Positions 27,251 to 35,157 of a DNA stretch of 64,000 bases are shown in pieces. Every line of letters begins with the position of its first letter. Positions within the stretch are counted from its first letter, which is position 1. The position numbers and the translations under genes are program-made. Origin of the DNA: an uncultured Eubacteriales bacterium (GTDB taxonomy: Bacteria > Bacillota > Clostridia > Oscillospirales > CAG-382); NCBI GenBank assembly GCA_900548115.1, contig URJL01000001.1:17818-81817 (forward strand). The letters are read 5' to 3'. Below the pieces are notes generated by a model, which had not been told where the DNA came from, did no database searches, and saw only the letters and a list, made by a program, of their open reading frames with translations.

Positions 27251-27980
27251 AGAAAAATTTGACGGGAAGGCAGCGCTTTATTCTTCCGCGCGCCCCGGTT
27301 ATCCGGTCGCACTTTTTGAAGCGCTGCGGGAAAAAGAGATCCTGACAAGCGACACAACGGCAGCCGACATCGGCTCGGGAACGGGCATTTTCACCCTTTT
27401 GCTTTTGCCGTACGTAAAGAAAATCTTTGCCGTCGAGCCGAACGAGGATATGCGAAAGGCGGCGGAAAAAGCCTTTTGCTGCCAAGATAACGTCGTGTCG
27501 GTCTGCGGCGGCGCGGAAAGCACGGGGCTTTCCGAAGGAAGCGTTTCGCTTGTCACGGCGGCGCAGGCGTTTCATTGGTTCGACCGCGCCGCCTTTCAAA
27601 AGGAATGCCGCCGTATTCTGAAAGCGCACGGAAAGGTCGTGCTGCTTTGGAACGAACGCGACGAAAGCTGCCCGCTCGTCTCCAAAAATCTTGCGCTGAA
27701 CGAGCGCTTTTTCGGGAAACGGTGCGGCGCGGAGGGAATGTCCCGCGATTTTTCGGATTTCTTCAAAGGGGAATATACGCATCTCTCTTTTGAAAATCCG
27801 CTTTCTTATACCGAAGAAATGTTTTTGCGGCGCTGTCTTTCCTCTTCCTATGCGCCGAAAAAGGGCAAGGTGGGATACGCTTCTTACGCGTCGGCACTGA
27901 AGGAGCTTTTCAAGCGTCACGAAAAAGACGGCACGGCGGACTATTCTTATACGACAAACGTCTATTTCGGAAGCGTCTGA
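27243..27980 (+). CDS. Class I SAM-dependent methyltransferase
   Basis: Motif I ADIGSGTGIFT and post-I AVEPNEDM. The start overlaps the nnr stop by 8 nt. Confidence 0.85.
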   Translation: MNEEKFDGKAALYSSARPGYPVALFEALREKEILTSDTTAADIGSGTGIFTLLLLPYVKKIFAVEPNEDMRKAAEKAFCCQDNVVSVCGGAESTGLSEGSVSLVTAAQAFHWFDRAAFQKECRRILKAHGKVVLLWNERDESCPLVSKNLALNERFFGKRCGAEGMSRDFSDFFKGEYTHLSFENPLSYTEEMFLRRCLSSSYAPKKGKVGYASYASALKELFKRHEKDGTADYSYTTNVYFGSV

Positions 27981-28020
27981 ACATACGGCGCAATTTTTCT
28001 TGCAAAATTTCAAAAAACGC

Positions 28021-28049
28021 TTGACAAACGGGAAAAGACATGCTATAAT
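28021..28049 (+). promoter_or_regulatory. Perfect-consensus sigma-70 promoter of rplJL (-35 TTGACA, 17 nt spacer, -10 TATAAT)
   Basis: TTGACAAACGGGAAAAGACATGCTATAAT. Confidence 0.75.
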
Positions 28050-28233
28050 TATGTCCTGACCTAAGAAAGCAGGTCGCACGCTTTTTGTGCGCTAACGGCT
28101 CGCCCGCCTGCCGAGGAAAGACATATTTCACTGAAAACCCACCTTCGGGCTTGATATTGTGTTTCTTGTTCTTTTCCGGTTACGCTTTTTGCGGTCCCAA
28201 AAGAACTTTTTTTATTGGAGGTGAAACAGTACC
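28050..28233 (+). ncRNA. Putative ribosomal protein L10 leader (autoregulatory 5' UTR)
   Basis: About 180 nt of structured leader lies between the consensus promoter and the rplJ RBS, with several short hairpins (for example GACCT..AGGTC and CGCAC..GTGCG). L10(L12)4 leaders are established in Firmicutes. Not validated against a covariance model. Confidence 0.45.
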
Positions 28234-28752
28234 ATGCCGAGCGCAAAGATTCTTGAACAAAAAGAAAAAATGGTCGGTGAACTTGCCGAAAAGATGAAAT
28301 CCGCTCAGAGCGGCGTTCTGGTAAACTACTGCGGTATTACCGTGGAAAAAGATACCGCGCTTCGTAACGAGCTTCGCAAGAACGGTGTTCATTACAAAGT
28401 AATCAAGAATACCTACATCAAGAAGGCTGCCGACATCGCCGGACTTTCCGGATTTGATTCGGTTCTTGAAGGTATGACCGCCATCGCTCTTTCCGATGAC
28501 CCCATCGCTCCCGCCAAGGTTCTCAACAAGTTTGCTGAGGACAACGACAGCTTCGAGCTGAAGGCAGGCTTCATCGACGGAAGAGTAATCGACGTAAACG
28601 AGATCAAGTCCCTCGCGGCTATCCCCTCGAGAGAAGGTCTTATCGTCAAGCTTCTCGGAAGCATCCAGTCCCCGCTTTACAACTTTGCTTACGCCATCCA
28701 GGCGATCATCGACAAAGAAGGCGGCGTTCCCGCGGAAGCAGCAGCGGAATAA
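28234..28752 (+). CDS. rplJ: 50S ribosomal protein L10
   Basis: 172 aa. KEKMVGELAEKMKSAQSGVLVNYCGITV is a typical L10 N-terminus. It precedes rplL. Confidence 0.95.
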   Translation: MPSAKILEQKEKMVGELAEKMKSAQSGVLVNYCGITVEKDTALRNELRKNGVHYKVIKNTYIKKAADIAGLSGFDSVLEGMTAIALSDDPIAPAKVLNKFAEDNDSFELKAGFIDGRVIDVNEIKSLAAIPSREGLIVKLLGSIQSPLYNFAYAIQAIIDKEGGVPAEAAAE

Positions 28753-28870
28753 TTTTCGAATCGTTTTCGAACCTCGAATTTTGTCCCAATTTTGCGCGCA
28801 CCGATGAAAAATGCGGGCGCTTCGTCGGCACAGCCGACACACATATTTTATTATTTGGAGGTATATCACA

Positions 28871-29245
28871 ATGGCATCCGAAAAGTCTATGAAGATTATC
28901 GAAGATATCAAAGCATTAACCATTCTCGAACTCGCTGACCTCGTTAAGGCAGTTGAGGAAGAATTCGGTGTATCCGCAGCTCCCGTAGCTGTTGCAGGCG
29001 TTGCTGCTCCCGCAGCCGCAGCCGCTGAAGAAAAGACCGAATTTGACGTTGAACTCACCTCTGCCGGCGACAGCAAGCTCGGCGTTATCAAGGCAGTTCG
29101 CGAGATCACCGGTCTCGGCCTGAAGGAAGCAAAGGACCTTGTAGAAGGCGCTCCGAAGATCCTCAAGGAAGGCATCTCCAAGGAAGACGCAGAGGCTATG
29201 AAGGCTACTCTTACCGCCGCCGGCGCAACCGTTACCATCAAGTAA
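28871..29245 (+). CDS. rplL: 50S ribosomal protein L7/L12
   Basis: [26 protein letters not shown], an Ala-rich hinge, and the C-terminal domain [25 protein letters not shown]. Confidence 0.95.
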   Translation: MASEKSMKIIEDIKALTILELADLVKAVEEEFGVSAAPVAVAGVAAPAAAAAEEKTEFDVELTSAGDSKLGVIKAVREITGLGLKEAKDLVEGAPKILKEGISKEDAEAMKATLTAAGATVTIK

Positions 29246-29278
29246 TTTTTTACGCGGTAACATTCGATTTTTCGAATC

Positions 29279-29314
29279 AAAAGGCAGATCCGTTTTTCGG
29301 ATCTGCCTTTTTGT
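29279..29314. terminator. Bidirectional rho-independent terminator shared by rplL (+) and the GRE activase gene (-)
   Basis: 12-bp stem AAGGCAGATCCG / CGGATCTGCCTT with a TTTTT loop and T-runs on both strands. Confidence 0.8.
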
Positions 29315-29344
29315 CGTTTTCTTGCTTTAAGCCTTTAGGAAAAT

Positions 29345-30193
29345 TCAGGAAAACACGGCGCGAAGCGCCTTCATTTTTTCCTCGGGTATCTCGGGAAATT
29401 GCGGTATAGGAAGCCCGAGCGCCGCATATTTGGGTTCTCCCAGCCGATGATACGGCAAAAGCTCGATCTTTTCGGGGCGATATGGCGACAAAAACTCGCG
29501 GATCGCGCGCATATCCTCTTCGGTGTCGTTCACCCCGCCGATAACGGGTATCCGAATCCAAACCGAAGCGCCGCACGAAAAAAGCGATTCGAGATTTTTC
29601 AGGATCCTCTCATTGGAAACGCCCGTATACGCGATATGCTTTTCCCGATCAAGTGTTTTGATATCATAGAGAAACAAGTCGGTATACGGCAAAACAAGTT
29701 TAAACGCTTCCCACGGTACATTTCCCGCCGTATCGATTGCCGTGTGAATTCCGTTCTTCGCAAGACTCGCCGAAAACGGCGCTATCTCTTTTGCCCAAAG
29801 CATACACTCGCCGCCCGAAAAAGTCACGCCGCCGCCCGATGCGGCATAATAGTCCGCGTCCCGTAAAAGAAGCGAAAGCAGTTCCGATTCCGTATAATCT
29901 TTCCCGCAAACCGAAAGAGCACCCGACGGACAAACCGTTTCGCATTGTCCGCAAAAATCGCACTTCTCGGGCTGCAGCTTTCCGCACCGTACCGCACCGT
30001 TCGGGCAAACCGACGTGCATTTTCCGCAATGCATACAGCGGTCTTTATAATAGAAAATATGCCTTTTTCCGTCGCGGCTTTCGGGATTGTGACACCACGC
30101 GCAAGAGAGATTACAACCGCGAAAAAACACGGTCGTGCGAATTCCCGGACCGTCCTCAAAGGAATTTCGCGCAATATCGAAAATAGGAAACAT
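29345..30193 (-). CDS. Glycyl-radical enzyme activating protein (radical SAM, with two auxiliary ferredoxin-like clusters)
   Basis: N-terminal GPGIRTTVFFRGCNLSCAWCHNPES (CX3CX2C), then CMHCGKCTSVCP and CDFCGQCETVCP. The start lies 15 nt downstream of the GRE stop. Confidence 0.9.
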   Translation of the reverse strand: MFPIFDIARNSFEDGPGIRTTVFFRGCNLSCAWCHNPESRDGKRHIFYYKDRCMHCGKCTSVCPNGAVRCGKLQPEKCDFCGQCETVCPSGALSVCGKDYTESELLSLLLRDADYYAASGGGVTFSGGECMLWAKEIAPFSASLAKNGIHTAIDTAGNVPWEAFKLVLPYTDLFLYDIKTLDREKHIAYTGVSNERILKNLESLFSCGASVWIRIPVIGGVNDTEEDMRAIREFLSPYRPEKIELLPYHRLGEPKYAALGLPIPQFPEIPEEKMKALRAVFS

Positions 30194-30208
30194 AACACTT
30201 CCCCCGCT

Positions 30209-32254
30209 TCAGACTCGCTCGACCGTGCGCCGAATAATATCGTTTTGCAAATCGGTATCAAAACGGGTAAAATATCCCGAATATCCCGTCACACGCACGA
30301 CCAGATTCCGATATTCGTCCGGATTCTTTTGGGCACGCAAAAGCTCCTCTTGCGAAAGATAATTGATCTGCAGCTGCATGCCGCCCTTTTTCAGGAAAGT
30401 ATGGTACATTGCGGCAAGCTTTTCGAGCTTTTCCTCCGATCGTGTAAAGCTTTTGTCGATCTTGACGTTTGCGACCACGCAGCCGCAGAGTTTTCGATAA
30501 TCAAGCTTTGCAATCGAATTGAGCAGCGCCGACAGCCCGCTTTTATCCTTGCCGTCGCTTTGCGCGATCCCCATCGTAAAGGGGTCGCCGTCCCTTCGCC
30601 CGTCGGGAGTCGCTTTGGTCATTCTTCCGAAAATCAGATTCGGATGCGTCGCGCCGACAAACGAGCCGATAATGTAAATATCATCCTTGTTCCGCGGAAG
30701 CTCGGAACGAATCGCATACAGTTCGTCCACGGCCCTTTCGACGATCGAATCAACATAATCGTCATCGTTTCCGAAGAAATGTCCCGTGCGCAGAATTTGT
30801 GTGCGGATGTCCTCATACCCTTTGTAATTTTTTCGAAGCATGTCGCAAAGGGATGCCATCGTAAGCTTTTTTTCGTCGAATACAAACTGCTTTATGACCG
30901 AAAGAGAATCGGCAACGTTGGAAAGGCTGTTGAAGGAGAATGTAATACCGTGATATTTCGCGCCTCCGTCGGAAAACGGCTTTGCCCTTTCGATGCAAGT
31001 GCGACAAAGCGCCGAGGTCAAAACATTGATATCCCCCGCCGTGGCAGCGACATAACGCGGATATTCCGACGCAATCGTTTCCATATCCCGTTTCATATAT
31101 CCGTAAAGCCGCGTCATGACCTCATCAAAGCTCTGCGTTTTTTCGATCTGCGGGTCCTCATACAAAAGCGATTCCAACGAGTGCAGAAGATTGACGTGGG
31201 CAAGCGAAAGATCCGCTCCGCAGGGAAGATTCCATTCGTTGCACCCGACGACCGTATAATCGACGGCATCTTTGGGGTCGATTCCGACATCGGCCATACC
31301 CGGAAGGCGCGGCTCGTCGTTAACAAAAACGATCCATTGACACTTAGCATTCAGTTCGGTGATAAACCGCATGGTCTCGGGAGAGGTGTATTTCGTATAA
31401 CGAAACGAAGCTTGCGGGCGGAAAGTGGGAAGCTCGGCGATACATTCAAGAACCAAACGCGAAAGCTCGTTAAAGCCGTCAGTCCCGTCGGGCAAATATC
31501 CGCCGACGACCAGATGATTGTGTCCGCTTATCGGAAGTGCTTTGTTGTCGGTCTGTGTTTCGTATACGCGGACGAACAGCTCCTGAAGCAAATCCTTTGC
31601 TTCATCACGGTCGATCTTTCCGCTTTCGATATCGTTTTTGTAATACGGATATAAATACCGATCGATTCGTCCGAGGCTGTCGGCGCAAAACTGGAACAAA
31701 AACCAAACCGCCTGAACCGCCTCATAAAAATCCCCGGCGGGCCGCATCGGCACTTTTTGAAGAATCGAACGAAGGCGCGGGGATGAGCAGCACTCCGCGC
31801 AGCGAAGAGAAAACTCCTCAAGAGAATCCAAAACTATAACCATGGCTTCGCAGAATTCGTCTTTTTGGGGTCTCGAGCAGATTCTTTCCCTATATCCGTA
31901 AAGCCCTTCTCTCAAAAGCGAATCAAAATCCAAAACAACGTGCGTCCAACCCCAATAAAACACGGGGTCGGGTCTGTTCCAGCAATGCTTCGACCAGTAT
32001 TTTCCGAAGCTTTCGCAGCCAGCGCGACGATAAAAATCGGAAGGATAATCGCATCCGGAAAAGCGAATGCGCCCGAAAAGCTTCTCACCGGGATACTCTT
32101 TTATCGGAACTTTGCGAAAATAACGCCGCAGTCCCTCCGCGATCGCCTTCGGTGAGCTCAGTTCGCTTTCATTTTCCACAGAGATCGAACAGCGCGGAAA
32201 TTTGTCCTCGCCGTACATCGCTTCCTTTGCCATATTCCGTATACGTTCCGTCAT
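30209..32254 (-). CDS. Glycyl radical enzyme of the PFL2/dehydratase-like clade, 681 aa, unknown substrate
   Basis: C-terminal glycyl-radical fingerprint VVRVTGYSGYF. Cys loop VVGCNEW (C-x-E as in eliminase/dehydratase-type GREs, not the PFL CC pair). ATG at 32254 after GAGGAAAG. The tracked ORF start at 32332 has no RBS. Confidence 0.85.
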   Translation of the reverse strand: MTERIRNMAKEAMYGEDKFPRCSISVENESELSSPKAIAEGLRRYFRKVPIKEYPGEKLFGRIRFSGCDYPSDFYRRAGCESFGKYWSKHCWNRPDPVFYWGWTHVVLDFDSLLREGLYGYRERICSRPQKDEFCEAMVIVLDSLEEFSLRCAECCSSPRLRSILQKVPMRPAGDFYEAVQAVWFLFQFCADSLGRIDRYLYPYYKNDIESGKIDRDEAKDLLQELFVRVYETQTDNKALPISGHNHLVVGGYLPDGTDGFNELSRLVLECIAELPTFRPQASFRYTKYTSPETMRFITELNAKCQWIVFVNDEPRLPGMADVGIDPKDAVDYTVVGCNEWNLPCGADLSLAHVNLLHSLESLLYEDPQIEKTQSFDEVMTRLYGYMKRDMETIASEYPRYVAATAGDINVLTSALCRTCIERAKPFSDGGAKYHGITFSFNSLSNVADSLSVIKQFVFDEKKLTMASLCDMLRKNYKGYEDIRTQILRTGHFFGNDDDYVDSIVERAVDELYAIRSELPRNKDDIYIIGSFVGATHPNLIFGRMTKATPDGRRDGDPFTMGIAQSDGKDKSGLSALLNSIAKLDYRKLCGCVVANVKIDKSFTRSEEKLEKLAAMYHTFLKKGGMQLQINYLSQEELLRAQKNPDEYRNLVVRVTGYSGYFTRFDTDLQNDIIRRTVERV

Positions 32255-32388
32255 AATCTTTCCTCTTTTCGAAGGGTGTTTTTTCCTGCCGAAACCCGTT
32301 CGGCAAGGACTCTTGTACACAGTATACCGCACGTTTTTGAAAAGGAAAATACAGAAAACGGTTATTTATATTTTTTAGTACAAAAATC

Positions 32389-32417
32389 TTGACAAACTTT
32401 TTCGCGTTTGTTATACT
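32389..32417 (+). promoter_or_regulatory. Sigma-70-type promoter of the AraC-family gene (-35 TTGACA, 17 nt spacer, -10 TATACT)
   Basis: TTGACAAACTTTTTCGCGTTTGTTATACT, in the GRE/araC divergent intergenic region. Confidence 0.65.
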
Positions 32418-32448
32418 GTCAAAAAACAGGAAAAGCGAGAACGGCAAA

Positions 32449-33225
32449 ATGAATCCAAAGATACTTGTTACCGACATTGTTTCGGTTTTTACCGTGCAAA
32501 GTAAATTTACTCCGAAAGTGCGCGATTACAGCGGAAAAGTGTATCACAACGAGCTGATTATAAAGCTTGAAGGGCAAACCGAGACCCGTTTTGACAAAAA
32601 GGTATTTCTCGATAAAAAAGGGTCGGTGCGTTTTCTCCCCGCAAAAAACACCCCCGTGGAATACACCTGCCGTACTTTGGAGGAAGGATATTGTATAGAT
32701 ATACAATTTGATACAACCCTTCCGTTTGAAAACACGGCATTTCTCGTTTTCCCACGCCGATACGACGATCTTTCCCGTCTTTTTCGCAAAGCGGAAAAAA
32801 CATGGAAAGAGAAGCGAAACGGTTATTTTCACACAACGCTTGCCTGTCTTTACGAAATTCTCGGCATTTTACAAAGCGAAGAAGAGTACGTTCCGAACGA
32901 CCTGTTCGAAAAGATCCGCCCCGGGGTCGATTATCTTTCCGAGCATTTCTACGAAGATGTGGATATCGACCGTCTCGGCACTCTTTGCGGCATCAGTCAC
33001 GCTTATTTCAAGCGCATCTTCAAACGCCGTTTCGGAATGCCGCCCAAGGCATACCTTTTGTCGCTCCGAATGAAATACGCCTGCGAGCTTTTGAAAACCG
33101 AACGCTGCACGGTGCGGGAAATTGCCGAAAAGGTCGGATATCCGAATGTTTATTATTTCAGCACGAGTTTTCGAAAGATCGTCGGGCTTTCCCCGAGCGA
33201 TTATCGAAAAAGCACCAATAAATAG
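32449..33225 (+). CDS. AraC-family transcriptional regulator (cupin-like sensor plus HTH_18)
   Basis: C-terminal double HTH (GISHAYFKRIFKRRFGMPPKAYL...VREIAEKVGYPNVYYFSTSFRKIVGLSPSDYR). Divergent from the GRE operon. Confidence 0.85.
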   Translation: MNPKILVTDIVSVFTVQSKFTPKVRDYSGKVYHNELIIKLEGQTETRFDKKVFLDKKGSVRFLPAKNTPVEYTCRTLEEGYCIDIQFDTTLPFENTAFLVFPRRYDDLSRLFRKAEKTWKEKRNGYFHTTLACLYEILGILQSEEEYVPNDLFEKIRPGVDYLSEHFYEDVDIDRLGTLCGISHAYFKRIFKRRFGMPPKAYLLSLRMKYACELLKTERCTVREIAEKVGYPNVYYFSTSFRKIVGLSPSDYRKSTNK

Positions 33226-33307
33226 CGTATTTTGCGCATCTGCCGCATAACGCACGGCGAAAATCCATATACTGCTTATGTGATTTTCCAAAAAAGAGGC
33301 GGCGGAC

Positions 33308-34603
33308 ATGAGTTATAAGCGTTTTTCGACGGCAAGACCCGAACCTTTGCCGCATTTTTCGGAGCCGACCGTTCCGTCGATCGCCGAGAGCGTTTCGACC
33401 GTCGAGATCGGGAAAACGGACGGCAACGAAATCGAAAAAATCGAAAAAGCCGCCGCAACGATCGAATTTGCCTCGCGCAAAATTCGGCGCGCGAAAAGCT
33501 ACGGACGAGTATTCCGAGCTTTTTTGCTTTTGTCGGTTTTGGGGCTTTTGTGCGCGCCGTTCACGCCGGGCGGAAAGCGGGCGCAGGACATTACCTGCGG
33601 ACTTCTGACCGCCGACGAAGCGGTATTACGCGAACGTCTCGTCGGATTTATTCGTGCTTTGTCCGCACAGGAGCAGCCAGAAAATACCGTTTCCGACGCG
33701 ACCCTTTTCCCTACTTCGGATGCGGAGCTTTCGGAAGCTTCCGGAGTTTCGGAAACGTTTTTTCTGCCGAATACCGAGAAAAAGCCCTCCGAAAATGCCG
33801 ATAACGCGGTTTTATCTGATAACAACCCAAGTGCCGAACCCGTAAAGACGACACGCACTTCGGAAAGCGCGCTTATCAACGAGACCGCATACAGTATCGA
33901 TCTCGGCGCGCTTTCGGAAACGCCGTATCCGATCCCGCTTCTTTCGGACGCAGAGAGCGCCGACGCGGTGGATGTGTTCGGCGAGAACAGCCCGTCGGTT
34001 CTCATTCTGCACACCCACGGCACCGAATGCTATGCCGACGCGCCGAATGCGTCGAATTACCGTACCGACGACACGGCGCAAAACGTCGTGTCGGTTGGCG
34101 ACGCGCTTGCCGAAGCGCTGAGCGAGGAGGGCATTTCGGTGCTGCACTGTCGGGAAATGTTCGACAAGGATTCGTTCATCAAGGCTTATCAAAACTCCGC
34201 CCGTGCTGCGCGGGATTATCTTTCCCGCTATCCGTCGATACGCTATATCATCGACCTTCACCGCGACGCCGTTCCCGACGGAGACGGATATGCCGACCTT
34301 TCGACCGAGCTTTTCGGCGAAAAATGCGCGCGCTTGATGCTGGTTGTCGGAACCGACGAGGCAGGAGCAAATCACCCCAACTGGCAAAGCAATCTGCGCG
34401 TTGCACAGGCGATCCAAAACAGCGCCGAGAAAAAATATCCGTCGCTGATGCGCGGAATCAATCTGCGCCGCGCAAGCTTTAATCAGCAGATCGCGAGCGG
34501 TTATTTTCTTTTAGAGGCAGGCTCGTGCGGCGGGGAACTTTCCGAAGCGCAAAAAAGCGTGCGTCTTTTCGCTAAGTCCTTCGCCGACGTGATAAAGGAA
34601 TGA
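33308..34603 (+). CDS. spoIIP: Stage II sporulation protein P (SpoIIP)
   Basis: Blocks SVLILHTHGTECY and YIIDLHRDAV plus the C-terminus RFNQ-like ASFNQQIASGYFLLEAGS match SpoIIP amidase/peptidase. N-terminal TM anchor. Confidence 0.85.
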   Translation: MSYKRFSTARPEPLPHFSEPTVPSIAESVSTVEIGKTDGNEIEKIEKAAATIEFASRKIRRAKSYGRVFRAFLLLSVLGLLCAPFTPGGKRAQDITCGLLTADEAVLRERLVGFIRALSAQEQPENTVSDATLFPTSDAELSEASGVSETFFLPNTEKKPSENADNAVLSDNNPSAEPVKTTRTSESALINETAYSIDLGALSETPYPIPLLSDAESADAVDVFGENSPSVLILHTHGTECYADAPNASNYRTDDTAQNVVSVGDALAEALSEEGISVLHCREMFDKDSFIKAYQNSARAARDYLSRYPSIRYIIDLHRDAVPDGDGYADLSTELFGEKCARLMLVVGTDEAGANHPNWQSNLRVAQAIQNSAEKKYPSLMRGINLRRASFNQQIASGYFLLEAGSCGGELSEAQKSVRLFAKSFADVIKE

Positions 34604-34643
34604 CCGTCGAAAGCACAAAACCAAAAACGGAGGAACGTAAAAA

Positions 34644-35000
34644 ATGGGGAAACACAGCGACCGATTTTCTTTTTTTCTGACTCTTTTTCTGACCCTTGTC
34701 TTTTTGTTGTACGCCGTCACGGCATTGAAAAAGAACGAGCTTGCTCTCTTTGATCTTTTTTCATTTGACTTTGACAGCGCGACTCTTCGGTTGGGCGACG
34801 ACGAATACACGATGGATCCCGCCGTAAAGGAAACGCTTCTCGCGGGCGCAAGCGGGGCGCGGGAGGCAGAAAAACTCTTATTTCCGACTCCTGTGCGGGA
34901 GGCGGCAGACGACCTTTTCGAAGGCATTTTTTCCTCCGCCGCGCTCGTTTTCTCGGGCATTAATTCCGCAATTGACACGCTGGTGCGAGGGAATATGTAA
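34644..35000 (+). CDS. Hypothetical small membrane-anchored protein
   Basis: GGAGG RBS and one N-terminal TM helix (FSFFLTLFLTLVFLLYAVTAL). No recognisable family. A terminator follows. Confidence 0.45.
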   Translation: MGKHSDRFSFFLTLFLTLVFLLYAVTALKKNELALFDLFSFDFDSATLRLGDDEYTMDPAVKETLLAGASGAREAEKLLFPTPVREAADDLFEGIFSSAALVFSGINSAIDTLVRGNM

Positions 35001-35028
35001 CGGGAAATGTTCATAACGCAAAAAGCAG

Positions 35029-35058
35029 CCCCGCTCGAAAATACATTTTCGAGCGGGG
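35029..35058. terminator. Bidirectional terminator between the small membrane protein gene (+) and the giant surface protein gene (-)
   Basis: 14-bp stem CCCCGCTCGAAAAT / ATTTTCGAGCGGGG. A second 12-bp hairpin TCCGCCGTCCGA/TCGGACGGCGGA lies at about 35071-35107. Confidence 0.75.
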
Positions 35059-35157
35059 TTTGCTGTCTTCTCCGCCGTCCGAAAAAAGGGGGAAATCGGA
35101 CGGCGGAAAAGGTTATGGGTCTATCAAAGGAGCTTTGCCCTTGATGTATAAAGCTGT

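Noticed and set aside
35071-35107. Second 12-bp hairpin (TCCGCCGTCCGA / TCGGACGGCGGA) downstream of the giant gene, considered as an independent element.
   Set aside because: No U-tract on either strand and no second copy seen elsewhere in the window. It is most simply an accessory stem of the convergent terminator region.
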